Shown here: piece by piece, positions 9,567 to 19,206 of the stretch
Layout: each line of letters starts with the position of its first letter
How positions within the stretch are numbered: position 1 is the stretch's first letter
Source of the DNA: a virus
Lineage: Duplodnaviria > Caudoviricetes
Length of the DNA stretch: 64,000 nucleotides
IMG/VR virus record: IMGVR_UViG_3300026116_000040
Span: 1,149 to 65,148 of that record
Reading direction: 5' to 3' (one strand)
The notes under the pieces: model-generated
Databases searched by the model: none
What the model saw: the letters and a program-made list of their open reading frames with translations, nothing else
What the model was told of the DNA's origin: nothing
Made by a program: the position numbers and the translations under genes

Positions 9567-11381
9567 TTATATTACATTTACATCTACCAATAAACTAGAT
9601 ACCAATTGTGTTGTGTTTACATCTACAGCCTTATCAGCTCTTCCTGAATACACATAAACATCATTTGCCGAAGGGCAGGTGATACTATTTGTCGTGAGCG
9701 CTGTTCCTATTAAAGTAGCGTCATCTAATATCATTATACCCGTATTCTTTTTAATCACAGAAACATCAAAGGCCCCCGAAGCAACAGCCCTTCCTTTAAA
9801 ATAAAACCGCGATGCAGCGTTTGCGTTTTCCTGCCTTATAACATTATTTGTCGCAGCAATGGCATTCATTTTTGCCTCTTTGCAGTCAACAGTCAGTGTT
9901 GCGGTTGCCGACAAAATTAAAGATCCTGACGCCCCAAAATTTATACATGTAGCAAAATTGTTTATTGTTGGCGAACAAATAATATTATTACATACCACAT
10001 ATCCCACTCCCCCTCCTGCGCCTTGTCCAACACACCATCCTCTAGTTGAGCTGGTAGATGTGGGGGCACAGGTTATATTATTACACAACAAATCCAGATA
10101 TCCGTCCGATTGTATTGCAACAGACCAAACGCCATTAACAGAGTCCCCTCCTTCGCTATGTATATTGTTTGCTTTCATATACAATTTAGAGCCTAATCCC
10201 GCACTGTTCACAGCAAGAAGGACCCCATTTACATTTTTACCTGTTATATTGTTTACGTAAGCATATATTGAGGATAGACTTGGCTGAATACATATAACTA
10301 AACCCGATCCTGTGTTTTCGCAATAAATATCGTTACAATACAAATACAGGTTTCCTGTCGATTGAACACCAACAAGAGTTCCTGTCGTGCCATTCATCGT
10401 TATGTTATTAATGTACACGAAAACATTACTGCTTGCGTGTGTTATATTTATAGAATAAGCTGTACCTGCACCGGTAAACGATGTAGTTAAATTAGCTTTT
10501 CCGTAAACAATAGAATTAGCAGCAACACCACTATCTGTGATCAACGTTCCCGCCGAGCCTTGACTTATAACCCCATCCGAAAGATCGTAATCGATATAAT
10601 TAACTAAAATAATTTGCTCTGCATAATTTCCAGAATAAACCTTTATCAATATCCTATTTATTGCCGAAGGGGTGAAAGCCGCAACAGCTGCCGCCCTAGC
10701 CGCCGCTATAGTCAAAAATGGCTTATCAAATCTTTCCACTAGCCCCGTAGAGTCGTTTCCGTTTTTCATTACAAAAACAGTGTTAGCAACCGTTACTGCT
10801 GTCCCGTTAATTGTTACTGTAGTTTGCCCTGATCCGTTTGCGGCCACAACACCGGTGCCTGTAAAATTCAATATCGGCTGCTGAGCAAGATTAACACCTT
10901 GGTTAGCAATCACGTGTCCGGCTATTCCTCCCCCAGGTATCGTCACAATTGTTCTTCCTGATCCATTTGTTGCCGTCACACCCGCCCCTTGAAAATCTAG
11001 TATAGGTTGTTGCGTCAAGTTAACCCCCTCGTCCGCTATTATGTGCCCAGGTACCGTGCTGTAGTCTGCTATATATTTTGTGTCTGCCGCTATACTTACT
11101 TTAATAGCAACATTGTTCGCGCTTATAACATAAGCTGACATGGTGTTTATAGTATATCCAGAAGGAGCGTTTACTGTAATGTTATTTACCGCCGCGTTGC
11201 CTGAATAATCAACAACATAAAGTGTGTATTGAGTGCTCCAATAATTAGCAGTAAACGTATCTAAATTCACAACAACAGGTGCAGACGATGTATCACAAAG
11301 CAGTATAGTATCTTGGGCTCCCACATTGTGTGTCCCCGTAATAACTAACTGCTGATTTGGATATTTCGTACTAGCTAACAT
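9567..11381 (-). CDS. Spike/receptor-binding protein with beta-helix-like C-terminus
   Basis: Tandem ~43-aa repeat (GHIIADEGVNLTQQPILDFQG / GHVIANQGVNLAQQPILNFTG), then GNDSTG...PFLTIAAA...GNYAE start typical of pectin-lyase-like helices. Confidence 0.7.
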   Translation of the reverse strand: MLASTKYPNQQLVITGTHNVGAQDTILLCDTSSAPVVVNLDTFTANYWSTQYTLYVVDYSGNAAVNNITVNAPSGYTINTMSAYVISANNVAIKVSIAADTKYIADYSTVPGHIIADEGVNLTQQPILDFQGAGVTATNGSGRTIVTIPGGGIAGHVIANQGVNLAQQPILNFTGTGVVAANGSGQTTVTINGTAVTVANTVFVMKNGNDSTGLVERFDKPFLTIAAARAAAVAAFTPSAINRILIKVYSGNYAEQIILVNYIDYDLSDGVISQGSAGTLITDSGVAANSIVYGKANLTTSFTGAGTAYSINITHASSNVFVYINNITMNGTTGTLVGVQSTGNLYLYCNDIYCENTGSGLVICIQPSLSSIYAYVNNITGKNVNGVLLAVNSAGLGSKLYMKANNIHSEGGDSVNGVWSVAIQSDGYLDLLCNNITCAPTSTSSTRGWCVGQGAGGGVGYVVCNNIICSPTINNFATCINFGASGSLILSATATLTVDCKEAKMNAIAATNNVIRQENANAASRFYFKGRAVASGAFDVSVIKKNTGIMILDDATLIGTALTTNSITCPSANDVYVYSGRADKAVDVNTTQLVSSLLVDVNVI

Positions 11382-12356
11382 TTATATAACCTTCTTTTCG
11401 TTGCCCATAACTAATTTTTTCACGCGTGCTTCAGGATAAAAAAACTTCTTTAATGATTTTTGCTTGTAATAAAAACAAAAGGTTACCGTGTTTCCAGCCA
11501 ACACTTTGTATTGTATCACATCCATTCCGTCCGGAATAAATACCCTGTTTAATTGGCTTGTTATGTCGAATAATATAATATCGTTTTGTTGTTGGTATAA
11601 ATCAAAATTTAAATTCAATTGTAGTGGGGCGATTGTAACCTCGCCATCAATACCTTTATTCACAAAAGTCAACCTCTGTGTTTTTTGCTGTGACACATTC
11701 GGTCCCGTTGACGTAAATCTGGCATTTGCAATTAATGTCGGATTTGCTAGTAAATTATAAACCAAATCTGTATAACTTACATTAGTTTGTCCAGCCACAA
11801 CGATCCTGTTATTCAAATTATCGTTTGTGTTAAACAGATAATCTAAAGGCATACTTGGATTAAATAATTCCAAATCAAAATCAACGCCCGACGTATTACT
11901 AATCGACAAGACCAACTCTTTTAGTTTTTTTCCTTTGTAATAACCAATATTTTTTGTTTGGTCGTGATCGTTACTTAAAATAAAATCATCAACTCCTTGT
12001 ATTGAAACATCTCTCCCTTCAGGTATAACTATCTTGCTTATTTGCTTTCTTCCTCCGGCAATAGTCGCCCGACCTTTATCCTTCACCTCGAAATTCTTTG
12101 TTAAAGGCTTTTTTGTTCGCGGTCTTCGTCCTATTTTATGCTTTACCTTATGGAGAGCATGTTTAAACTTCCCCTTAAACTCGCTGTAATCAATGTCCAA
12201 TACAGCTTTATCGAAATCATCTTCGCTATCCAGCTCCAGAGAATTTTGTCTTACCGGCTCCATTAAATCTTTAGACTCAATAGTCGGAGTTTCGTTGTTC
12301 CAGCTATTTTCATCCTCCTCAAAAAAGTTGTCTAATCCGCTTCCGTCGTTCATCAT
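11382..12356 (-). CDS. Putative second/minor capsid protein (paralog of 18328..19080)
   Basis: ARFTSTGPNVSQQKTQRLTF...FDLYQQQNDII aligns with WRFTASGSNITSQLTQTLTL...KDLFQFSTDAI; acidic N-terminus ending at YSEFKG. Confidence 0.55.
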   Translation of the reverse strand: MMNDGSGLDNFFEEDENSWNNETPTIESKDLMEPVRQNSLELDSEDDFDKAVLDIDYSEFKGKFKHALHKVKHKIGRRPRTKKPLTKNFEVKDKGRATIAGGRKQISKIVIPEGRDVSIQGVDDFILSNDHDQTKNIGYYKGKKLKELVLSISNTSGVDFDLELFNPSMPLDYLFNTNDNLNNRIVVAGQTNVSYTDLVYNLLANPTLIANARFTSTGPNVSQQKTQRLTFVNKGIDGEVTIAPLQLNLNFDLYQQQNDIILFDITSQLNRVFIPDGMDVIQYKVLAGNTVTFCFYYKQKSLKKFFYPEARVKKLVMGNEKKVI

Positions 12357-12361
12357 ATCTG

Positions 12362-13153
12362 TTAAGCTAATTGTGCGAACTGTTGGTTCTCAAATTTTTG
12401 TATGTAATCAACAATAGCCCTCATCCTTTTTTTATTCCCCTCTGTTTGTGCTTTTAAAAATACATTAGCAAAAACATTGATAGCGTCTATTTTACTAAAT
12501 CCTAACCCTAAATAAATATACAGTGCATTTATGTCGGCCCCTGTTTCATTACTTATGTCTAACCCCATCTTTGGGTTTTTATATTTATGAGAGAACTCGT
12601 GTAATAATATCACCACTCGTTCAGCAAACGTATATCTGTCAAACTTTGCTTTTGCCACATCAATATTCCCTGTGTTGTGTCCAATTCTAGCTGGAGTGTT
12701 CAACACTTTGCCCGACATGTAATCTACAATTACAGGATAGTATCTAATATTAAACTTGCTATCCGCTGTTTGGTAAAGCGTTCCTTTTGGCGAAGCTGCA
12801 CTGAAACCACAAACCTGGCTAAAGTAAAAGTCTAATGTTAAAAAGTCCTTTGTGTCACTGTCCAACCATATATTATACTTTCTTAACGGCTTCTCCTCGA
12901 ACGTTACCTTAAAGTTATTATCGTTTCTGTCGGCTATATTGTAAATGCCTATCGTCATTTCTTTCGGAGTGAGAGGGAATGAAAAAAATATCGTTCTTTC
13001 CCCTTCTACCTCCATCTCTCTTTTAGCATAATCGCTATTAGGCTTTCCGCTATCTTTTGCCACCAAAAAAAACCTTTTCTTTGTAGGGGTTTTAATGGTT
13101 ACATACAATAATGCTTCTCTGTTGTCGCTTTCCCAAATACTTACTTGCCCCAT
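12362..13153 (-). CDS. Zinc metalloprotease (HExxH), candidate maturation protease
   Basis: VILLHEFSH followed by NETGAD (gluzincin-type third ligand). Confidence 0.75.
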   Translation of the reverse strand: MGQVSIWESDNREALLYVTIKTPTKKRFFLVAKDSGKPNSDYAKREMEVEGERTIFFSFPLTPKEMTIGIYNIADRNDNNFKVTFEEKPLRKYNIWLDSDTKDFLTLDFYFSQVCGFSAASPKGTLYQTADSKFNIRYYPVIVDYMSGKVLNTPARIGHNTGNIDVAKAKFDRYTFAERVVILLHEFSHKYKNPKMGLDISNETGADINALYIYLGLGFSKIDAINVFANVFLKAQTEGNKKRMRAIVDYIQKFENQQFAQLA

Positions 13154-13154
13154 A

Positions 13155-13655
13155 TTATTTTTTGCCTTTTTTAGGTATTATAACCCATATTATACCTGTA
13201 AACAAAACAACACTCCCTAATACTATACCTACTTTTGCCGGAGTCGATAACGCTTTAAATTTATCAGCCAACGATGTTTTAGTGGGTGCCGATGCAGCAG
13301 GAATCCCTGACCCTGTTAATGTTTCTGTTGGTACAGGCGATGCGCTTTTAGGCTTATCCACCTTTGCGGGTTGCTGAATCTTCTCCCATTCGGCACCCCA
13401 TTTAGCGTAAGCGGCACTTGTTAGCGGACCATATTTTCCATCAGCAGAAAGTCTAGCTTGGTGATTAATGTTAGCCCAAACCTGAAACGTCCTAATAGCT
13501 TCCGATCCGCTCGATCCATCCAATGAAGAGTAACCTAAACCGTTCGGTGCAGCATAATCTTTGCTGCCATAACTTGTGTCCAGGTTTCCTTGCTGAGAAT
13601 GCGTGGAAAAATCTTTTGTCTGTATTTCTACTGGGTACGTGGTAAGTACTTTCAT
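13155..13655 (-). CDS. Peptidoglycan-binding membrane protein
   Basis: AIRTFQ...LSADGKYGPLTSAA PG-binding motif; C-terminal TM. Confidence 0.7.
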   Translation of the reverse strand: MKVLTTYPVEIQTKDFSTHSQQGNLDTSYGSKDYAAPNGLGYSSLDGSSGSEAIRTFQVWANINHQARLSADGKYGPLTSAAYAKWGAEWEKIQQPAKVDKPKSASPVPTETLTGSGIPAASAPTKTSLADKFKALSTPAKVGIVLGSVVLFTGIIWVIIPKKGKK

Positions 13656-13993
13656 TTCTTTTTCTTTTTAACAACGACATAAATAATGATTCCCACAACG
13701 GCAGCGATACCGACAGCGATACCTACCTTCATGCCCGTGCTCATAGGTGTTGATGCCGGTGGTGGCGGTGGTAATGGTTGTGTCGTTGGTGCCCCTCCTT
13801 GTGGATTTAACGCTGCCAATATTCCCGATACTTTGCCGCTTCCCACTAAACCCTTGGCTCCTTGTGCACCCTTTTTTACGGCCTTTTTTAATCCACCGGC
13901 TTCCGAGTAATCTCCTTCGGCAGAAGAGTACACTCCTTTTAAAGGCATACCTTCTTTTATTACGACGATAGGGTTTTCTGTTAGTATTTTCAT
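13652..13993 (-). CDS. Membrane protein with C-terminal TM and poly-Lys tail
   Basis: YSSAEG/YSEAGG motifs; shares its C-terminus with 6951..7409. Confidence 0.75.
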   Translation of the reverse strand: MKILTENPIVVIKEGMPLKGVYSSAEGDYSEAGGLKKAVKKGAQGAKGLVGSGKVSGILAALNPQGGAPTTQPLPPPPPASTPMSTGMKVGIAVGIAAVVGIIIYVVVKKKKK

Positions 13994-14187
13994 TTTGATT
14001 TTTTAAGAAATGTTACAAGTAGAATTGTGTTGCCAATAAGAACCATCCCTAGAAAAACTTTTCTTTGGGTATCTGGTTCCATTCCAAATATTTTATCGCT
14101 TCTTTTATTCATCCGGTCAGCAATTAAGCCAACTACTCCTAATACGGCCAACCCTACAGCGAGTTTTTGTGTTTTTTCTGTTGTCAT
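13990..14187 (-). CDS. Small two-TM membrane protein
   Basis: Two hydrophobic helices; ATGA overlaps with neighbours. Confidence 0.7.
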   Translation of the reverse strand: MTTEKTQKLAVGLAVLGVVGLIADRMNKRSDKIFGMEPDTQRKVFLGMVLIGNTILLVTFLKKSK

Positions 14188-14675
14188 TTTTTTGCAACTG
14201 GTTTATTATTAATTTGACGATATACTAAATACAGCCCCAGCACAGCCCCTATACCTGCCCCGTAAGCATAGTTTTTATTGTCTGGAATCTTTATGATCCA
14301 CAGGTTTTTTTGCATTAAATAAACAACCCCCACTCCTAACAATCCGCCCAATATAGCTGCGTCAGCATATTTTACTTTAGGCGTTACCGCCGGCGTTATT
14401 GGATTAGATGCAGCGGGAGGCGTGCTTTTGTCTCCATCAGCCGAACTTATAATTTCTTTTGTCACCACAGCTTTTATGGCACCCAAAGGAATAACAGCAG
14501 CCCCTTCATATAATACAAAAGCTGGCTTCCCGTTAGGTTTTTGTAGTTCCCCTGCTATCAGCTGACCCTTTTTAAAAGCCAACCAGTCAATCTTTGTCGG
14601 GTTGCGCGGATCATTAGAATTCCTTACTAATGGCGTCTTAAAATCCTGCGTTACTACGTATGTTGCTTTTGCCAT
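14184..14675 (-). CDS. Membrane protein
   Basis: ISSADG motif followed by two glycine-zipper TMs. Confidence 0.7.
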   Translation of the reverse strand: MAKATYVVTQDFKTPLVRNSNDPRNPTKIDWLAFKKGQLIAGELQKPNGKPAFVLYEGAAVIPLGAIKAVVTKEIISSADGDKSTPPAASNPITPAVTPKVKYADAAILGGLLGVGVVYLMQKNLWIIKIPDNKNYAYGAGIGAVLGLYLVYRQINNKPVAKK

Positions 14676-15304
14676 TATTTACCTCTTTTTATAAGTATTA
14701 CAACCCCTAATATCACCAATGCTGCACCGCCTATAATTAGTCCAGTTTTCATGTTTTCGCTCAAGCCTTTGTCATCGACATCTTTATCGGGAGCGTCAGC
14801 ATCAACTGTATCATCTGCCTTATAAACCTGCACACTTCCGTCTGGTGCCGTCGCCTGAACAACCTCTCCTGCGCTATACTTTGCAATAGCTGTTGGTGTC
14901 CCATTTACGTTTTCAACAGCAAGTGTTTTTCCGTTAGCATCGTGCACATCATATAATACAGGAGGCTGTCCTATTAATGAAGGCCACTGAGCTATATCAC
15001 TGGGAGGAACAGGCGTTGTTGAACCATCGGGCAAAGTCTTTGTTGCCGACCCGTCAGCGTTCTTTTTTAAATGTGGTAAATGATCGTGAAACCACTGTCC
15101 TGTTTTAGTCAAAGGGCGAGCATTTCTTTTTGCTTTACGTGCCGCCCTAGCTACAACTCTTTTGTCATGACCAGCCACTATTTTATCTTTCTCTTTTTGC
15201 AGAAAGGCTTTAAGTTTACCAGGAGATTTTGTGCTATCTAATGGCGCTTTTATCGCATCAGCGGAAGACTGGACCTCTATTGGTGCCCTTGTTATGATTT
15301 TCAT
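14675..15304 (-). CDS. Membrane protein with C-terminal TM
   Basis: QSSADA motif, basic segment, C-terminal TM. Confidence 0.7.
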   Translation of the reverse strand: MKIITRAPIEVQSSADAIKAPLDSTKSPGKLKAFLQKEKDKIVAGHDKRVVARAARKAKRNARPLTKTGQWFHDHLPHLKKNADGSATKTLPDGSTTPVPPSDIAQWPSLIGQPPVLYDVHDANGKTLAVENVNGTPTAIAKYSAGEVVQATAPDGSVQVYKADDTVDADAPDKDVDDKGLSENMKTGLIIGGAALVILGVVILIKRGK

Positions 15305-15951
15305 TTTTTCAATTTATAAATTAATAATCCTATAATAGCTAGCACTACAACCCCGCCTCCTACTGCAAGCCCAATCATTAAATTTCTATCTTTCTTCGCT
15401 TGAGCTATGTCAGCTTGCATCTTCCTTTGTGCTGCTACGCTCTGCATCACATTAGCCTTAGCTGCACCCGTGTTTTGATTAGCTTTAACATTTTTCAACA
15501 ATTTCGCCCCTTTTATACCGGCTTTTATAATATTGCTTCCTAAAATATTTGAGTGTTGCCAATCATATCTATGTGCTGCAATTTCCTGCGGTGTTATTGG
15601 ACCTACTTGACCCGAAAAGCAACTGCTCATCACTTTGTAAGCCGCTTTTACCCCAACATCATTTATCTCGCTTTCCCCATCTGCCCCTTCTGTCTTGTTA
15701 TGGATATTTACAAGTAAAGCGGTGCCTATAATCAAATCTTTTTTATGGATATTTTCAAAGTACATATTCACTAATTCCCTGTCAGCTAATTCAGCAAAAG
15801 CTGGCGCATCAGAATTAACCAAAAGATCAACAAAGTCCTGCCTATGGTTAACAACAATATTTCCAAGTTCCCCCATAATCACACGGTTAGCTCCGAGAAC
15901 ATTATTCTCTCTAATATTTACAGCTAACTCCTGGTGAAAGGGTGTGTTCAT
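15301..15951 (-). CDS. Membrane protein with C-terminal TM
   Basis: EGADG and HSNILG motifs; C-terminal TM plus basic tail. Confidence 0.7.
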   Translation of the reverse strand: MNTPFHQELAVNIRENNVLGANRVIMGELGNIVVNHRQDFVDLLVNSDAPAFAELADRELVNMYFENIHKKDLIIGTALLVNIHNKTEGADGESEINDVGVKAAYKVMSSCFSGQVGPITPQEIAAHRYDWQHSNILGSNIIKAGIKGAKLLKNVKANQNTGAAKANVMQSVAAQRKMQADIAQAKKDRNLMIGLAVGGGVVVLAIIGLLIYKLKK

Positions 15952-15954
15952 TGA

Positions 15955-16122
15955 TTACTTGTTTTTTAAGTGTAAGGCGTAACCGATAATGCCTAGGCTA
16001 AGTAGCCCCATTGTTATCTTCGCCGTTTTATCAAGAGGTCCATTTATTATACTAAACAAAACTACGGCTCCAGCCCCTACCCCATAACCCAATGTTAAAT
16101 TTGCTTTTTCTTGTGTTGTCAT
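15955..16122 (-). CDS. Small two-TM membrane protein (55 aa, not in ORF track)
   Basis: MTTQEKANLTLGYGVGAGAVVLFSII...MGLLSLGIIGYALHLKNK. Confidence 0.65.
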   Translation of the reverse strand: MTTQEKANLTLGYGVGAGAVVLFSIINGPLDKTAKITMGLLSLGIIGYALHLKNK

Positions 16123-16139
16123 CGTATCTTACTTTTTAG

Positions 16140-16214
16140 TAGCGGAAGCTGGATTTGAACCAGCGATCTACGGATTATGAAACCGTCGGGATAGACCAAC
16201 TTCCCCATTCCGCA
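16140..16214 (-). tRNA. trnM: tRNA-Met(CAT), initiator-like
   Basis: Cloverleaf with TTCATAA loop, GGTTCAAATCC T-arm and unpaired 1:72. Confidence 0.85.
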
Positions 16215-16219
16215 ATAAT

Positions 16220-17323
16220 TTACCTTTTCTCTGGTGACGTGGCCCAAACAAGTAGCGCCGCCGCTGCCAATAACCCTATCGCTCCTATAAATGTTCCTTT
16301 TGGTATGGCTATGCGTTGATCCCCGTCCGCGTTAGACTGTACCTCTATTTCATTTAAAGCCGGATAAGCCGGTATATCAATCCTGTTTTCTCCAAACTGA
16401 GGATCTAACCCTTTTGACACAATAGTATCTTTTATCTTGGCACTATCATCAGATGTCGATTTCACCTCTTTCGCCTTTTGAAGCTCTGTCTCTGCCTTAT
16501 GAAAACCTCTTCCAACATGCGGATGGTCGCCGTAAGTTTTTAATTGACGGTTTAGCTCATCAATACGGTCATCGTGCTTTCCGATTGTCATATCTAAATC
16601 AGCCATTTGAGAAGTGATATGGCTAAGGGCTCTTCCGTTATTTTTATTGGCAGCCCTTTGCTTATCTAAATCGTATTTTTGTTTCTGAACCCGTCTTTTA
16701 GCCTCTTGGTTCCACACTATCTTTTTAGTGATGTCAGCGATGGCTGGATCTACAGATACAGATGTTCCGTCGGCATCATGTGTGAAAGCATTACTGTCAG
16801 CGTCTCCATCAAAAGAATCGGAAGAATCATCTTGCTCGTCCTCTCCATTGTCCGGTGCGAACTGGTCCATCACCGCCGCCTCATCACTTGAATACTCTCC
16901 TTGCCCAGAATCGCTTTGTGGTTGATCAGCGGAATCTTGCGTTGCAACATCTTGTGTTTCCTCTTCTGTTGTAACCTCTTCCTCTGGAGGAGATTCCGGT
17001 TTTTGCCTAGATTCCTGACGTAACGATTTTCTGTCCATACGACGTGTCACCCTAGTATCCTTTCTAGTTTGACGAGCCTCTTGTTGTTGGGCTCTGCGAT
17101 CCTGTTTAGCGGCTTTCTTAGCAGTTTTTACACCTTGTCGGGCCACCTTCCTGTCTGTTTTTTTAGCGATACGGTCCATTTTACGAGACTGACGCCTATC
17201 TCTTCCTCTGCCGTGAAGTTCCGAGTGTTCTCCAAAAGCTTCTTCAAAAGAAACTACAGAAATCTGATTATCCCCGCCAGTTGAAGGGGACAGCCTTACT
17301 ATGGTTGCGTTTTGCGGTTCCAT
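16220..17323 (-). CDS. Virion protein with Arg/Lys-rich, acidic and coiled-coil segments and C-terminal TM
   Basis: Likely start MEPQ at 17323; HSELHG, DSFDG, HDADG and QSNADG motifs separate the segments. Confidence 0.7.
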   Translation of the reverse strand: MEPQNATIVRLSPSTGGDNQISVVSFEEAFGEHSELHGRGRDRRQSRKMDRIAKKTDRKVARQGVKTAKKAAKQDRRAQQQEARQTRKDTRVTRRMDRKSLRQESRQKPESPPEEEVTTEEETQDVATQDSADQPQSDSGQGEYSSDEAAVMDQFAPDNGEDEQDDSSDSFDGDADSNAFTHDADGTSVSVDPAIADITKKIVWNQEAKRRVQKQKYDLDKQRAANKNNGRALSHITSQMADLDMTIGKHDDRIDELNRQLKTYGDHPHVGRGFHKAETELQKAKEVKSTSDDSAKIKDTIVSKGLDPQFGENRIDIPAYPALNEIEVQSNADGDQRIAIPKGTFIGAIGLLAAAALLVWATSPEKR

Positions 17324-17342
17324 TTTTATGGTTTTATAGTTT

Positions 17343-17804
17343 TTATTTACTTGGCTTGATAGTAGCGCGGTGTTCAATTACTTTGCCGATTACATAACCG
17401 GTTACGGCACCTACCAATACAAAAACCCCGATTTTTTTCATATCATGTTTTTTCCATTTAGCATACCCAAACAATACAACGGCACCTCCTACGGCCCCTA
17501 ATATTGAAGGTCTTGCTAATGTATTTTGTTTTAAATTTACTGTTGTTGGGCTCACCGTTGAGTCAGCGCCTAACTTTACTTCTGTTGCATCCATCGTTCT
17601 TAGATTTGTTAAATAGATTAATTTATTGTCGTTAGTTAAAAATAATTTATATTGAAAAGGTTCTCCTCGCCTCAACCCCTCAACCAACTTTGGCTGGCCT
17701 TCGATTATTGTCCCTGCTTGTATTACTTCTCTACCTTCAGTGAAATTCTGATGGCTCTTATTAGGTATCAACACCTTCGTGTCTGCTACTACTTTTACTT
17801 CCAT
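17343..17804 (-). CDS. Membrane protein
   Basis: LGADS motif followed by two TMs. Confidence 0.7.
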   Translation of the reverse strand: MEVKVVADTKVLIPNKSHQNFTEGREVIQAGTIIEGQPKLVEGLRRGEPFQYKLFLTNDNKLIYLTNLRTMDATEVKLGADSTVSPTTVNLKQNTLARPSILGAVGGAVVLFGYAKWKKHDMKKIGVFVLVGAVTGYVIGKVIEHRATIKPSK

Positions 17805-18245
17805 TTATCGTTTGCTGTAAATTACTAATGCTACAATCCCAACTATCGCTACCGATGCTATCAAAAACTCGTGTCTTTTAACAGCTGTTATCGTATCTTC
17901 TACTACCCCTTCCGCACTTGACATCTTTCCTGGGCACCCTTCACATCCTTTACTGTTTTCTCCTGAACATGCTGAAACTGGCTCTGGCAATATCACTTTG
18001 GTTGTCGGAGACAAATACTTTAAAATAAAATCTTTATGGGGGTGTATGTTTGCAAACTCTTTTTCTATAGCTACTTTGTCTTTTGCCTTTTTGTATATAT
18101 CCGATAACTTCGCTTCCAAGTCATCATAGCTGATAGCTTCCGGTTCTCCATATTTTTCCAACAACGCCTTGCTTGAAACGGAAGCGTTGTGAGCTAAAAG
18201 CTCCAACAGTCTAATCGCTTGTGGGTTGGTTTGTTTTTTTGACAT
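17805..18245 (-). CDS. Membrane protein with C-terminal TM
   Basis: HPHKDFIL, SACSG and MSSAEG motifs; C-terminal TM. Confidence 0.7.
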   Translation of the reverse strand: MSKKQTNPQAIRLLELLAHNASVSSKALLEKYGEPEAISYDDLEAKLSDIYKKAKDKVAIEKEFANIHPHKDFILKYLSPTTKVILPEPVSACSGENSKGCEGCPGKMSSAEGVVEDTITAVKRHEFLIASVAIVGIVALVIYSKR

Positions 18246-18270
18246 TAATTTAAAGGAAAGGTTTAATTAT

Positions 18271-18301
18271 AAAAAAGGGTGGGCGATAACCCACCCTTTT
18301 T
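18271..18301. terminator. Intrinsic terminator after the putative major capsid gene
   Basis: AAAAAAGGGTGG-GCGATAA-CCCACCCTTTTT hairpin flanked by A and T tracts. Confidence 0.85.
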
Positions 18302-18327
18302 GTTTGGTATAAAAACGCTGAAAACCG

Positions 18328-19080
18328 TTACCCTTTGGTGATTCCGCGAACGTCTTGTGAAGTTTGTATGATCACGGGCGCTACGTTTTTACCAGATAAT
18401 CTTGGAGCGATTGCTTTGTTTACATTGCTTCCGCCGTTTAGAACAGCTTTACCAGAAAGTACAATAACTGGGTAAGCAGCAATAACAAGTGTACAAGATG
18501 CTTTCAAAGTGAAAGTGATGTATGTGTTACCATCGAAAGTCACACGTTTAGTTACATCAATTGCATCAGTTGAAAATTGGAATAAATCTTTCAACACTGA
18601 CATGTTGATTGGTTTTTGGTAGTTTTGACCGTTGGCATCAACATGGTTCAATGTTAATGTTTGAGTTAACTGAGAAGTGATGTTAGAACCACTTGCAGTG
18701 AAACGCCATTTACCAACAACGAAGTTTTTGTTGTTTGATTGGTTGATCAAACGTCCGTATGTTCCACCTTGTAAGTTGCTTAGTACAACTGCTGTTGGGT
18801 TACCATAATTGGTAGCGCTAGAGTAGTCGTTGAAGCCCATAAATATGGCGGTAACGTCGTTTGCAGTTGTGTTTTGGTATTGGATCACATAAGGATCAGA
18901 GATGCCTTCTGCTTGTCCTGCGCCTTCTGCATAAGACATGCTATCGCCGTCAGCTAATGAAAACCCTGCGTCACCGTCGAAAGAGTTCATATCACCTTCT
19001 GCTGAATCGTAGCTATCAAAGCCACTCATTTGTTCTGTAGCGTTAATATAGCTACGTAATTCTTTTTCTGTTGAGTTCAT
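18328..19080 (-). CDS. Putative major capsid protein (jelly-roll-like) with N-terminal acidic propeptide
   Basis: Likely start MNSTEK at 19080; first large gene of the operon with its own terminator; beta-rich core after tandem SGFDS/DSAEG/NSFDG/SLADG/SYAEG motifs. Confidence 0.55.
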   Translation of the reverse strand: MNSTEKELRSYINATEQMSGFDSYDSAEGDMNSFDGDAGFSLADGDSMSYAEGAGQAEGISDPYVIQYQNTTANDVTAIFMGFNDYSSATNYGNPTAVVLSNLQGGTYGRLINQSNNKNFVVGKWRFTASGSNITSQLTQTLTLNHVDANGQNYQKPINMSVLKDLFQFSTDAIDVTKRVTFDGNTYITFTLKASCTLVIAAYPVIVLSGKAVLNGGSNVNKAIAPRLSGKNVAPVIIQTSQDVRGITKG

Positions 19081-19206
19081 TTTTAGTTTTAGTTTTAAAA
19101 AGTTGTTTGTTTGTTTTGCAGTTTCGGTATCATCCACTTTTAGCTTACTTATATATAACACATCCCACACTTATGGGCAGTTAATGTTCAGCAAACAATA
19201 GATATA

